A stretch of DNA of 64,000 nucleotides, from the NCBI GenBank assembly GCA_052327205.1, contig CM126211.1, forward strand, positions 115,382,001 through 115,446,000, read 5' to 3'. The notes below the pieces were generated by a model, which was not told where the DNA came from, ran no database searches, and saw only the letters and a program-made list of their open reading frames with translations. The stretch's first letter is position 1; the number at the start of each line of letters is the position of its first letter. The position numbers and the translations under genes were made by a program. Origin of the DNA: Somniosus microcephalus. Its lineage: Eukaryota. Below are positions 24,344 to 36,431 of the stretch, in pieces.

Positions 24344-25707
24344 CTGGTCCAAATTTTTAGCACCAGAGAAGGGCCTGCGCCGATTCTGAGGCCTGCAAGG
24401 CGCAGAGTGTGGATGCTGAAGCTGACTGACCCACCCCTTTAAGAGCTGGCCGGCGCCTGGAAGTCTCGTGGTCATCGGTAATTGAGAGCACCTGCGCTGC
24501 GCCCGTCCGCTCCGATATTGGGTTGCGCCGGAAGTTTAGCGCCTTAGGAGTCCCGTGTAACGCCTGAATTCGCGCCTCAATCACCTTTAGGGACGATGCA
24601 ACCCAATATCGCGCCAGGTGGCGATAAGTTGCGTCTGGCTATAAACTTTGCGCTGCGCCAATTCTAACGCCCCAAGCGAGGCTATACCCAATTTCTAGGC
24701 CCTAGAGTCTTGTTCCTATACTGCATCCACATTCTTGGAGCAACACTCCTGGCATTGACCTTTGCCGCTACTTTTTTCCGCTACCTCCTGACCATATGTC
24801 TGGAGGGCCTTCTGCCCCCCTGCGGATACAGAACGTCTCTCCTTCTTTTCACCTCTTCCACCAAGACCTGCAGTGTAGTATCTGAAAACCTTGGTCCTTG
24901 CTCTCTCACATGTTCAGCCATTGCTCAAGTATCACAGCACAGATTGACTTTTGAAAAAACTGCCACCATTTCTTGCAGCCACAATGCACCTCCCCTTTTA
25001 GAGGTGCCAGCTGCCTTTAGATAGCACTAACTACTTGCGATATCGGGCCTGTTGCTGATGCGTGCAGCCAATGAACTGCACAGGGAGCGCTGGCTACACG
25101 CAACAATCATTTAAAAGAGCAGAAAGCACCAAAAACACTGCCTGCAACGCACTGAACTGGGTTAATCACTTCCCCCATACTCTTTAAAGCATATGTATGC
25201 ATTCTGGACCTGCAATATTGACACCAAATTTAGGATACTCAGCCATAACTCACATCTTCATGGCTGCAGGCATGAAAGTATCATCACTATGATGTCATTA
25301 GTAAACACACCAGCTGATACCTGGATAGATCATTTTGCATTTGATATCCTAAATTCTCTGCAGGAATCGAGGCGGGCTGGAGGCAGCTGACAGCTTGGTT
25401 TTAAAGATGCAAGATAGAACTTAGTTTGAATGTTGTTATATTTTAAAATATACAAAAGGACTGTTGTAGTTCAGGCTTATTCCCAACACTTTTTCATAGT
25501 TCTCATGTTCCTGGCTAGCCAGCAGTTCCTATAAGCAGACCAACTCCCTTTTGAACCACAAATTGCATCTTTATCCTCCCAACAAAATACAAAAACAGTG
25601 CAGAACAGCAAAACCAACAGAGCTATGATGAGTCCGCAGGAGGTTAATATAGCCGTAGAAGATTCATTTTTCTAACAGTTCCTTTTCAGCAAACTCTTGG
25701 AAATACA

Positions 25708-26367
25708 GGGAGGGATATTCAAGGTTGTGAGAGAACAGGAAGTCGGCTGGCTTGTTGGGTCTGGGGTGTGGGGTGGGAACCAATCCTGGAGGGGGACGAG
25801 TCCAGACCAGCAGCAGACAATGGTCCTGTTAGGTGGCCGCGCAGCGCTCTGGAAGTCCCGTGCAGGCCGCGCAGCGGCTTTTCAATGGACATATCGTGCA
25901 TGTGAGAAAATTTGAATGGGTCGCGCAGCCCGCTAAAGGGGCCACGCACCTCCAAAAAGAATTAGCAGGAACATTGGCAGCAGGCCTCAGTATTTTTGTG
26001 GAGGCAGGAGGAGCACTCCCGCTCTTCCTGTCCTCACAAAAATAAAATAGGTTTGGAGCCCCTTTGTGGAGCAGCCACCAGAGGTCCCTTTAAGGACCAT
26101 TAGTTAGGCTGCTCACTGCCTGATGCAAATAGTCTGAGTGTGCAGTACACAGGCAAATTTGCAGTTGTGATTCTACAACTGTGTAGGACACTAATTTGCA
26201 TATTTAAATAGCCTCCCATTTACAGACCTCCCTGAAAATTATATCAGGCAGGCCTTGGGTATCCAAGGATTGGCTAAGGTTCCCTTCGGTTCTCCCCCCT
26301 GATTTTCCACTAGCTGATGCCCATTTAACAGTGAGAAACAAGCGGGCAGCAGCTGAAAATCGGCCGC
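25708..26367. mobile_element. Decayed Harbinger-type MITE
   Basis: Imperfect ends gggagggatattc / gaaaatcggccgc with ACA on both flanks. Confidence 0.5.
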
Positions 26368-26819
26368 ACAGTCTCTGATGTTAGGTAACTGTGAGCCCCT
26401 GTATACCCTGGGAAATGTCAGTGGTGAGGCAGAATAGAGAACTGAGGACCGTGAAATAATCCTGGATAATATAGGAGTCCTTATTCTGATATGAATATGG
26501 AGCCTTTGAAGATTTCACCGTAACATACACACCACACAACAAACTGCATTAATGCTCCATAAAACAAGTTTCATCTCAGGGAAATTCACATCTTTCCAGT
26601 TGCATTGATTCTCAAAAGCTGACAGCAGTTGAAAAGCATAATCCCATCTATCAACCTGCATAAACTGTTGCAGCCATCAAAGTAACTGTAATACTGGCAT
26701 TTCTCTCCTTCTCATAGACAGACCATCTGTGGTTCTCCATTCTGATCCTTATTTAGGGAGGACAGCTTCCTTTTTTTTACTTAAGCTATTTGAAAAAAGA
26801 TCTATTTTCAATATTCATT

Positions 26820-27572
26820 GGGCCAGAAATTTGGGTCAGAGGCTTCCCGCGGGTGCAAGCCCCCGACCTGCACTTAACTTGCGCGCCGGCCGTTGTGCTG
26901 TGGGCCCGCGTGGGATTCCGATCCTGGGCCTGCTCCAACTGCCGGCGTGCAGTGCTTGCGTATCCCAGGGGCGCAGTTAGTTCGAAGCGTCCCCTGGGAT
27001 CACGTGGGCCATGGAGAGCCAATCGTAGCAGGGAATCTCTATTCATAGATTTGACAGGTGTATGAATAGAATTCGGCCCTAAAACATAACGAAAACTTCA
27101 AATAACTTTTGTTTTTAAAAATCACATTTTTAAAATAACTGTAAATTGAATAAAATATCTATTATAAACAATAACTTAAATTTTTGAAAAAATTAATTAC
27201 AGTTTTTAATGGGGCTAAAAATAAACTTACCTTTCTTTAAAGTATTTAAAAATAATAAACCTGTGGAAAAAATGTTTTAATTTTACTTAATTCACCACTT
27301 ACCTTGTTAAAAGCAGGCCTTGCGACTGCTTTTTAAAAGCGTAGCTGCTGGAAACTTACCCTCCTGGAGAAACCTGTAAAAAAAACAGAAGTTCCAGGCG
27401 TACGCGCTGTCTCTCCGGCGCACGCGTTCGACCTGTGAACCCCTTCCTTTAAGGGAACGGAAGTTCAGGTTTCTCACGCATGCGCAGTGCATGCACGAAA
27501 CCGGCACTTTCGTTGGCCCTACGCGTGAGTACCCAGCGCGTACTCACCCGTGGGGACCCGAATTTCTGGCCC
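26820..27572. mobile_element. Harbinger-type MITE with AT-rich core
   Basis: TIRs GGGCCAGAAATT / AATTTCTGGCCC; TSD ATT. Confidence 0.88.
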
Positions 27573-27839
27573 ATTATATACACTTCGGTGCTGCACTATT
27601 AGGTGTCATTAAGATCAACAGTGGAACTATAAGCATTAGCTGTATAGAAGAGAATTAATGCTAAGACTCTGAATGCAAAAAGCATGCTGACATTGTTTTT
27701 CTAGTGAATAATTAAAGCTTCCTGGAATAGTAATGCACAAGTTTTTTTATAGAATTATTTTTAGATTCAAGCACCTTGGACCGTTTTGCTACGTTAAAGA
27801 TGTTATATAAATGCAAGTTGTTGTTGTTGATTCGTATAG

Positions 27840-29046
27840 GTGAAGGTCCCGCAGTCCCCATCATTTTCCAAGGGCCGGCAGTGCTGCTGCTAAAAGCGAT
27901 GGCCCTGCAATTGTAAATTAGAGAGAGAATTATGTCACCTCGGTGAACTTGAACCTTAGTGCTGAGTTCAGCGCTGGGTCCTAAGCTCGCTCTGAAAAGC
28001 GAGCGTGCAGCAGACTGATAGAGATGTTGGCTACATTTCTTAAAGGGACACACACATCTTTCAGGTAAGTTTGCGTTAAATTTTTGGACTAGATTTTTTT
28101 GATTTTATTGAAGTAGTGGCTTGCTGCAATATATGTTAAGCATTTTTTAAGCCAAGGACTCAGCCATGCCCCTGCCAAGAATGGCCAGCAACGCCTCCTC
28201 TAAGGAGGTAAGGTGAAGCTAGGAATGGGAGGTGTGCCTTGTGTTTGGTACAGATTGTTGGTAGGTGAGTGATTGGGGCGGGGGGTGCGTTGAGAAGTGT
28301 GTGAGGCTGGTGGTGTAGTTGGTAGGAGATGGCTTTTGAAGATGCATTCACTGACCTTGACCACTGGTCTGAGGTCATGAAACTTCTTTGGGCACTGGAG
28401 CCAGGTCATGGGGGCAACAGTGCTGGCAGTTACGGCCTCGGTGATCTGGTCCCACGTTGTTCTTTCTGGAGTGCCTCCTGGCCCCTGTGGGTAGAGGAAC
28501 TCTCTTGCAGTGTTGACCTGCTGCACAAAGCTGGAGTGCTGTGTGCGAGACCCTGGTTGCCCCTTCTCTGGCTTGCTGAGCCATTTGTGTTAGTGCTGAA
28601 GCTCTTTTAGCATTTGTTTAGGTTCGGAAGGCAATTCAGCTTTAAGAGCTGAAGACTCCCATTTGGGAATTCTTTTTAATGTTAATCTTCTTTTCAGAAG
28701 GCAGCTGAGCTGTAAGGGTTAAAAACTGCCTATTTTTTACATGATTTTTGTATTTTTCATTTCAGTAGGCAGCTCCCCTTAAAGGGACTGCACTGCTTTC
28801 TGAAATGACAGCCTTGCTAAGAGCAGGCTGTTCTTGCTGCAGTGACTCTACAGCCATGCTACATTGGGCCTCCTGCCAGGATGAACGGCAGCAGAATGGT
28901 TTTGCACAGTGAGTTTAGCGCTGGGCTAATGTTAATTAGCCACCAGCGCCAATTTACTGGTCCTGCTGGGCCTCCATTTTCAGCGGACGTTCACACCGGC
29001 CCGCGGTAGCACCAGCAGGTCTTTACCGATATCCAATTTCTAGGTC
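27840..29046 (-). mobile_element. Non-autonomous Harbinger derivative with Myb exon-1 remnant
   Basis: LYPQG...WDQITEAV...LQCPKKFHDL peptide; right end CCAATTTCTAGGTC; inverted paralog of 32550-39940. Left end lost next to a SINE tail (~27780-27828). Confidence 0.75.
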
Positions 29047-29569
29047 CATAATATCTGTATTAATGCAATACCTATAACACGCTTTATTATCAGTCCATAC
29101 CTCAGTATAAATCTTAATTTTTAAAAAATGGATAAATCATTTTATTACTGTTTAATATTTAAAAGAGGCACTGATGACAGAGCCTTGACAAGGATTAGAG
29201 GAGTTAGTGATGTTGAAACTCCTTCTTTAAGTTGTGCTCTCCACTGGATACAGCTACATGATTAATTTTCTGTTATGTATTCTACAAAGAACCATAAAAC
29301 CCAGGTATATCCTTATTGTTTAATGCACATTTTACTACTGATGTATGAGGAACAGGAAAAAAACCCACAATGGTGGTGACATTCACCTTGGGCAGTAGCA
29401 CACAATGGGTGATAGCAAATCAGCAACCATTTTACACCCCGCCTGATTTTCTTTTCCATTTGTCAATTTATGTGACATTCCACACAATTCACCTTCACCC
29501 ACTGGGATATGCTGTTTCGAACCATTTGTAAAAATATTTACCTTATGTTTTACAGCCTCAAAGACATAA

Positions 29570-30167
29570 GGGCAGAGAAATTGGTATGCGTTGTACTTGT
29601 TTTTTGGGTGTAAAACAGGTGAAAAACATGCTAATTTAGCAGCGGGGCAGCCTGCGCACAACATGTGGAGGTGTTGGTCCCACCGCTAAATTTGTGGGGC
29701 CTACTTTCTAGGCCCTTTGAGTATGTTAATTGGGGGTGTAATGCATGATGAAGAACCCCTGTGTAAAATTTGCTCTGATGAGTGGGGCAGGCATCGGGCC
29801 TATCCAGCTCAGGAATCTTCAGTGACCCCTGCGGTCGCCAACTAAAGGTTAAGTTTTCATTTAAACATTTTTTTAAAAAGCTATCTGTGGAGTCAGGAGA
29901 AGCAGGAGTGCTCCCCACAGTACTTGTGATCGGCTCCCCCATTGTCCCCTCCCAGAACTTACCTGAGGGCCGCTGCCAGAGAGTCAGGTGGCCCAAAGTT
30001 GTCTCTTCTCATTGGGCTCGTCCTGTCTGTGGAGACGTGACACGCTCTGGCAACTTGCCTCAATTATTCATATGAGGCTTGGGGACCAATTTCTATTGAT
30101 CCTTGGTTCGGGCACGTGCTGCCTCCACTCGTGTGCCAATAATGGGCCCAGACTAATTTCTACCCCA
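29570..30167. mobile_element. MITE remnants (probably two adjacent pieces)
   Basis: TIR-like ends gggcagagaaattgg (29570), tttctaggcc (~29705) and ctaatttctacccc (~30154-30167). Confidence 0.4.
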
Positions 30168-30363
30168 TGATATGTTATTAGTATGCTAAGAAACTTATGA
30201 GCTTCTTTGTAACCTGTTAGCCAAATGCATATTTAGTGTACTTGACTACTGTGTTTCTTCAACTTCCTGTCTGGTGCATTTTCACTTGAGTACACTCATC
30301 ACAGGCAGTAACGCAGCTGTTGAGGAAGTGAATAGGATACAAATCTTTCCTGAACAACTCTAT

Positions 30364-31994
30364 GGGGGGAATTTTTTGGGGAGAGTCATCGGGCGTGTTT
30401 GGCGGCTGGTTGGGTGGGAAAAAATGTTTTTTGACAATGGGTCATTATGACCTTGTTAACAGCCCATTATGAAGTATTTTGAGCTCACCTTTACATTTTA
30501 CAAGGTCGTCCACGGGATCCACGCTACTCGGGGATCACGTCAGGAGTTGTATGACCATGGAATCATCTCATTACTTGACAGCTGCAAATGTGCTATAAAA
30601 GCTCCCATCTCACAGTTGTTCACTTTCCTAGCTCAGAAGCTGTTTGATGCTTACTGCATTTGGAAGACAGATTGAGCTGTATGCAGGTTGCATAAAGTAA
30701 ACTCTCTATCCAGTGTCACCTCCTTGGAGCAACCTCTCTCACCAGTGACAGATCGGTCCTGTCATCTCAAGTTCACCTGCCATCTATTACATCAGCATCA
30801 GTGCCCTTGAAACTACCTGAACTTGGTCCTCAGAATCCCACCATGATCAGCCCCAACACCAGCAGCACCAACAACAACGCCAACCTTCTCCGCAATCAAC
30901 TCATGCTGCACAGGACAGAGGGCATCAGTGCCCAACCACTTTGCTGCCTGGGAGGCCAGGGATGGCCTCACCATGGCCAGATTTACTTCACTTGATGCTG
31001 TACACCCTGGCTGCCACATGATGCACCAGGTTGGCACCACCCCACACCAACACCATAAAGCATCTCTACAATGCCCAAGCCATTCCTTTCACACTCATGA
31101 CCATTGCGGGCAGTACCTTTATGTCTCACCATTCACTGTAACTCACTAAGCCACTTCCAAAGGTGCACGCAGATCTGTCCAAGAACGCAAAGTGTTGAAA
31201 ATAAAGGTTTCAATGTTTGACACCACATTAACAGAAACTTTACATGAACATTGCATAAAACACCCAAGTGCCTACCCTTGTTTGTTGTTAGTTGATATGA
31301 TTGGACTAGGATGAGGATTGGTGTGAGGGGTGGCTAGTGAGATGGGGAAGTGATAATGTAGATAGAGAAGGATTGGTGGAGATGCAAGGTAAGTTGGTGT
31401 GAGTAAGGATGTGCAGGAGTAGGGTAGGGAAGGCAGAGTGATGGGGATGTGATGAATGGCATAGCAGGATGAGGTTGAGGTTGAGTGTGGCTTTGAAGTA
31501 ACGTTTCGTGATCTTCTGAGATCATTGAAAGGCTTGCGCCACTGCAGCCTGGTCCTCCTGATGACATCCCTGCTTGTGTCCTCCTGTGCAATGTGCAAAC
31601 AGGCTGCGTTGGCCCTCTGGGGAGATCTCTTCAGCCCATTGGAAGGGAAGAGAACCTTCCTACGTGCTGTGACTCCCTCCATAAGCATATGGAGGGAGTC
31701 ATGAGAGAGCCTGGGTGCAGCCATACATCTCTGTGTAGTGCTTGTCAGTATTTGCAGCACCTCAATGCTGTAGAACACAGACAGCACAACTGTCAAAATC
31801 AATTTGCGCATGGTCCCTTTAAGGAAACCGGCTGATGATGCGTCATCAAATGACGTCATCAGGCCCGTTTCCTTCAATTGGCCGGGAAACGTGCTGGGCG
31901 GGATTAACGAGCCCAATCAGGGGAAAATCATTTGGACAGCGGGATGGAGCCAGCAGCAGGGTTGGGACCCACCGAGGTAGGGGAAATTGCGGCC
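30364..31994 (-). mobile_element. Non-autonomous Harbinger derivative with Myb exon-1 remnant
   Basis: Ends GGGGGGAATTTT / GAAATTGCGGCC; TSD TAT; peptide APRLSHDSLHMLMEGV...VLFP...QWRKPFNDL. Confidence 0.75.
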
Positions 31995-32204
31995 TATTTG
32001 TTTACTCAAAGTACAAAACATAGGTGCCATGTTGGGGCAGCAAGGGAACCAATTGCAATGCATCCCACTCTGAAGGACATCCCTTTTGCTCCACCCAGGG
32101 TGAGTTCAGTGTTGCTCATCACTGATCATCACCAGCAAGCCAGCCAGAAACTGGATTGTGGAAGTTAGGGTTTAAGCTGCTATCCTTGAATGCTCCCTTT
32201 CAGA

Positions 32205-32545
32205 AGTATAGAAGTTAACAGCATAGAAGGAGGCCATTCGGTCAATTGAGTCTGTGCTGGCCCTTTGCCAGAACAATCCAAAACTAATTCCACTGCGTTG
32301 CTCTCTTACCATAACCCTGTATGGTGCTTCAAATAAGTACCATACAGGGTGCTTATCTGCTTCAAATATTTATCCAGTTTTCCCTTAAAAGATGCAGTGG
32401 TCTCTGCCTCAACTATTCCCTGAGTCAAAGCATGCCATAATCCAACAATCCTCTGAGTAAAATAATTTCTCCAAAACTTTCTTCTTGTTCTCTTAGTGAC
32501 AGTTTTAAATTGATGACCCACTTCACTGACTCTCCAACTACAGGA
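32205..32545 (-). mobile_element. CR1 LINE 3' fragment
   Basis: GHQFK...RNYFTQRIVGLWHALTQGIVEAETTASFKGKLDKYL peptide plus CR1-type 3' UTR. Confidence 0.8.
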
Positions 32546-32969
32546 CTTAGACCTAAAAATTTGATTGCGACACAAAGGCTGCCGGCGCCACCACGGCCGC
32601 GGGTTAACGACCACCGAAAATGGTGGCAATAGTAGGAATGAAAAATTTGCGCTGAGGACTAATGATTATTAGCCCAGTGCTCAACTGACCATGTAACGCA
32701 CTCCTGGTGGCGTTCATCAAGCCCCAATGTTGCACCCAGAAGCGGTTTTGCAGCTTCGCTCATCCTCTGAAAATGAGGCTGTGATTTCACAAAGCATTGA
32801 GGGATATTAAAAGGGAAATGTCTTGTGTTCTTAAAAGGGCAATGCCTTCTGTAATGATAAAAAATAAAAATGATGTAAAAATATGCAGTTTTCAGCTCAA
32901 CTGCCTTCTGCAAAAAAATTAACATTTGAAAAAAAAATTCCTAATGGGAGTCATAGAGTCATAGTCATA

Positions 32970-33665
32970 GGGGGAAAAATTGGGTGAGTAGCGCCACCTG
33001 TTAGCGCCTAAAGAGGCAGTCAGTGGCTGTAGCGCCACTGGCTGCGCCTCCCGCGATATTCAGCAGGGGCGGTAATGGTGGCGCTAGCCTTTAGCGCTGC
33101 GCCGCCACCGATGACGTCATCGGTGTGCGCAGCGCCCCATTCGCGATATTTGGTAGCGAACGGCGCCGTTCGCTACCCGCACCCGGTTCACGGGGCCTTG
33201 CTATGCCGGCAGAGGCGCAAGTTAAGGTGGAGGTGCGGGGCGGCCGCTTTTTTGGCGGCCGCCTGCCAGCACCTCTGTCCCCGGCCTCCTGGTCCCCCCC
33301 CGCCCCCCGCGGCATTTCCGGCTGTTTCCCGAGAGCCCGGCACTTCTCCTTGGTGCCGGGCTCTTTTGCCAGCACTCGCGATCGGGGCTCGTGCTTTTGC
33401 AGGCCCCTCCCCCTTAACAGTGGGAGGAAGGCCTGCAGTACCGCAGCGTGCCGTGCCGCAGCGTGTGGCGCTGCGGCACGTAGCGCTGCGAAATTCACTT
33501 TCAGCGCCCTAAGAGGGACGCGGAGCGCCTCGAGCCGCGCCCCGTCTCCCTCTAGGGGCACTTCAACTGAATTTGCGGCGATTGCTAATGCGGCGATCAC
33601 GGCACAAATTCCAGCGCCCAGGCGAACTTTGCGCCGCTTGGGCGCCTCAGGCCAATTTCTAGGCC
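32970..33665 (-). mobile_element. Harbinger MITE (M1) in the CR1 tail
   Basis: Ends GGGGGAAAAATTGG / CCAATTTCTAGGCC; TSD ATA. Confidence 0.92.
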
Positions 33666-33676
33666 ATAGAGTCATA

Positions 33677-35713
33677 GGCCTAGAAATTGGGTTGGTAGCG
33701 CCGGAGCTGAGCGCCTAAAGAGACCTAGAATTGGGGCGAAGCCCGATGTTGGGGCGGACGCTATGAAGATAGCGCCGACTCAGAAATTGACTATACATTT
33801 AGCGCCTGCGCTAAGTGTTTGCGCGCGCCCGCGCTAAGTGTTTGCGCGCGCCCGCGAGCGCAAGCAGCTCATGACGTCATTTCAGTGTGCAACGCCTTTT
33901 AGGAGCGCCTGAGCGCATATTGGGTGGCGCCCGGAGCCTTAGCACCCAGCGCTATTAGTGACAGTTTGAGGGAGGGCTAACAGGCCCTTCTCAGAGTAGG
34001 GGGGCGCTATTTAAAGGGGACAGCTTCAGTGCAGAATCTTCTGCCACTTGGCCTGCTCATTGCGCTCGTTGCCAGTGAGAGTTGGCGAGCTAATGTGGAG
34101 CGGAGTTCTGGGATTTGAGCTTTACAGTACTTGCTACCTTCAACCCTGTCCGAAGCACTTGCACCACTACACCTAAAAGCCTTTTGACCAACTGGCATCG
34201 GAATGGGAGCTTGTTTGGAGGGCGACGGACCTCATCTGCACTCTGTGCAGCAGTCATGACGACCTGCCTTGCCCTGCGGGGAGACGGTGGCCGAACTTGC
34301 CTATCCCCCCTGCGTTGCTCCATGCCGCTTGGTCCGGCAACTGGTTCATCCTCAGAGCCAACCCCCCTCCCCTCCAGGGGACTACTATCCCTCGTCTGCA
34401 GATGTCTCCGCTCCCCGGATTCTGCAATGGCTGGTCCGGATTCCTCCTGGTCCTCGCCTCCGGTGGCACTGGCACTGGCAGCTTCAGCGCGTTGAGCCCA
34501 AGTTGGTGCTGCTTCATCTGAAAGTGGGAGGTGGAAGAGTGGCTTTAGCAAAAGGACAGGTTTGCTGAAAGGCATGCCAGATTGCGGCAAGGCTCTGACA
34601 TGGCTGCACACTGAGGATGCATGCTGGCGGGGGGACCAAGTGGAAGGCAACAGGTGGAAAAGGTGAGAGTCTTACCCTCGCTGTCGGTAATGGGGTCGGC
34701 AGATGCAGTGGTCACTGGACCAGACAGACGTCCTCCAAGTATCTGGTGCACTCTCTCCTCCAGATCCGTGAGAGTGACCACTTGTGCAGGTCCACCACCG
34801 GTTCGACGCTGCTCCTTTCTAATCTGTGCCATCTTGGACTGCAGGGGAAAGAAGGGGAGGTTCTGTTACATGAGGCCTTGAGACCTCATCGCATGCCCCC
34901 CATGGTGCAAGAGCCCTTATATGAGGCCTTGAGACCTCATCGCATGCCCCCATGGTGCAAGAGCCCTTACATGAGGCCTTGAGACATCTGTCCATGTGTG
35001 TGGCCAGAAAGGGCCATGGGTGCATACTGACAGATGGCCATTGGCGCATCATTGCAGCAGGGTGCCCGAAGTCAGCTGCAGATGGAAGGAATCACAAGTT
35101 TGGTAAACCATCACTCACCCTAACGATCCGTGTGAGGTCGTTGAATTTCTTCCTGCACTGAACAGGGGTCCTGGTCGCCATGCTGCTGGAATTCACCCTC
35201 ACAGCAACCTCCCTCCAAGATCGTCGATAAGCCTTCTGATTTGGCCTCTTGCCATTATCCGGATACAGGACCTCTCGACGGTGTTCAACTGCAGCCACCA
35301 AGTGGTCCAGAGCCTCAGTGCTGAAGCGCTCTGCTCTCTGCCTAACCTTCTCCATAATGCACAAGTTTCTAACGCCAGACAAGGGCGAGCGCCGAATCTG
35401 AGGCCTACAGGGCGTTGGGTGTTGAAGCTCAGTCTGACTGACCCGCCCCTTTAAGAGCCGGCCGGCGCCTGTAGGTCTCGTGCTTTCCCGTAATTGAGTT
35501 CACCTGCGCTGCGCCCGTCCGCGTCGATATTGAGTAGCGCCTGACCTTTTGCACCTTAAGAGCACTGTGCAATGGCTGATTTAGCGCCTCAATCCCCTTT
35601 GGGGGCGATGCAACCCAATATCGCGCCAGGCGGCGATAAGTTTCGTCTGGCTATAAACTTTGCGCATCACCAGTTCTAACGCCTCAAGCGGGGCTATACC
35701 CAATTTCTAGGCC
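33677..35713 (+). mobile_element. Internally deleted Harbinger (element B), transposase reduced to its first codons
   Basis: TIRs GGCCTAGAAATTGGG / CCCAATTTCTAGGCC; TSD ATA; arms homologous to D and E; junction at ~34225. Confidence 0.92.
34090..35355 (-). CDS. Predicted spliced, C-terminally truncated Myb/SANT protein (275 aa) of element B
   Basis: Exons 35355-35119 (237 nt), 34838-34676 (163 nt) and 34517-34090 (428 nt) form an open frame with GT/AG sites. Expression unknown. Confidence 0.6.
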
Positions 35714-35724
35714 ATAGAGTCATA

Positions 35725-36431
35725 GGCCTAGAAATTGGCCTGAGGCACCCAAGCGGCGCAAAGGTCGCCTGGGCGCTGGAATTTGCGCCGCGATCACCGC
35801 ATTAGCGATCGCCGCAAATTCAGTTGAAATGCCCCTAGAGGGAGACGGGGCGCGGCTCGAGGTGCTCCGCGTCCCTCTTAGGGCGCTGAAAGTGAATTTC
35901 GCAGCGCTATGTGCCGCAGCGCCACACGCTGCGGCACGGCACGCTGCGGTACTGCAGGCCTTCCTCCCACTGTTAAGGGGGAGGGGCCTGCAACAGCGCG
36001 AGCCCCGCTCGCGAGTGCCGGCAGAAGAGCCCGGCACCGAGGAGAAGTGCCGGGCTCTCGGGAAACAGCCGGCATTGCCGCGGGGGGGGGACCAGGAGGC
36101 CGGGATGGAGGTGCTGGCAGGCGGCCGCCAAAAAAGCGGCCGCCCCGCACCTCCACCTTAACTTGCGCCTCTGCCGGCGCAGCAAGGCCCCGTGAACTGG
36201 GCGCAGGTAGCGAACGGCGCTACAGCGGTGTTCGCTACCAAATATCGCGATCGGGGCTGAATGGGGCGCTGCGCACACTGATGACATCATCGGTGGCGGC
36301 ACAGCGCTAAAGGCTAACGCCACCATTAACGCCCCTGCTTAATATCGCGGGAGGCGCAGCCAGTGGCGCTACAGCCACTGACTGCCTCTTTAGGCGCTAA
36401 CAGGTGGCGCTACTCACCCAATTTTTCCCCC
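35725..36431 (+). mobile_element. Harbinger MITE (M2), inverted non-identical paralog of M1
   Basis: Ends GGCCTAGAAATTGG / CCAATTTTTCCCCC; TSD ATA. Confidence 0.92.

Larger units (their letters stand above)
22847..24701 (+). mobile_element. Internally deleted Harbinger (element E), no transposase
   Basis: TIRs GGCCTAGAAATT; flanks ATA/CTA; arms homologous to D; deletion junction at ~23393. Confidence 0.92.
16809..24921 (-). pseudogene. Myb/SANT gene remnant of element A; exon 1 interrupted by elements D and E
   Basis: MAEHVREQGPRFSDTTLQVLVEEVKRRRDVLYP...MQYRNK at 24921-24710 continues as LTRVIN at ~18283; EKVAHN exon 2 at ~17986; decayed exon 3. Confidence 0.75.
14640..25176 (+). mobile_element. 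Old two-gene Harbinger transposon (element A), host of a solo LTR and elements D and E
   Basis: Left end aggggagaaattggg; decayed right end cacttccccc; convergent transposase and Myb/SANT remnants. Confidence 0.7.

Noticed and set aside
33075-33718. 145-197 aa ORFs in GC-rich MITEs (also 1042-1666, 2239-2865, 6428-6968, 35720-36326)
   Set aside because: Low-complexity Ala/Arg/Gly/Pro translations on both strands, with frames not conserved between paralogous copies.
22822-35738. Recurrent palindromic TIR-linker-TIR junctions read as a CRISPR or integron array
   Set aside because: The intervening units are 0.7-4.5 kb transposons with their own TIRs and TSDs; there are no cas or integrase genes, and the context is eukaryotic.
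32970-36431. M1 and M2 as a local inverted duplication or assembly artefact
   Set aside because: The copies differ by substitutions and indels (696 vs 707 bp), each has its own ATA TSD, and the linkers are direct rather than inverted.
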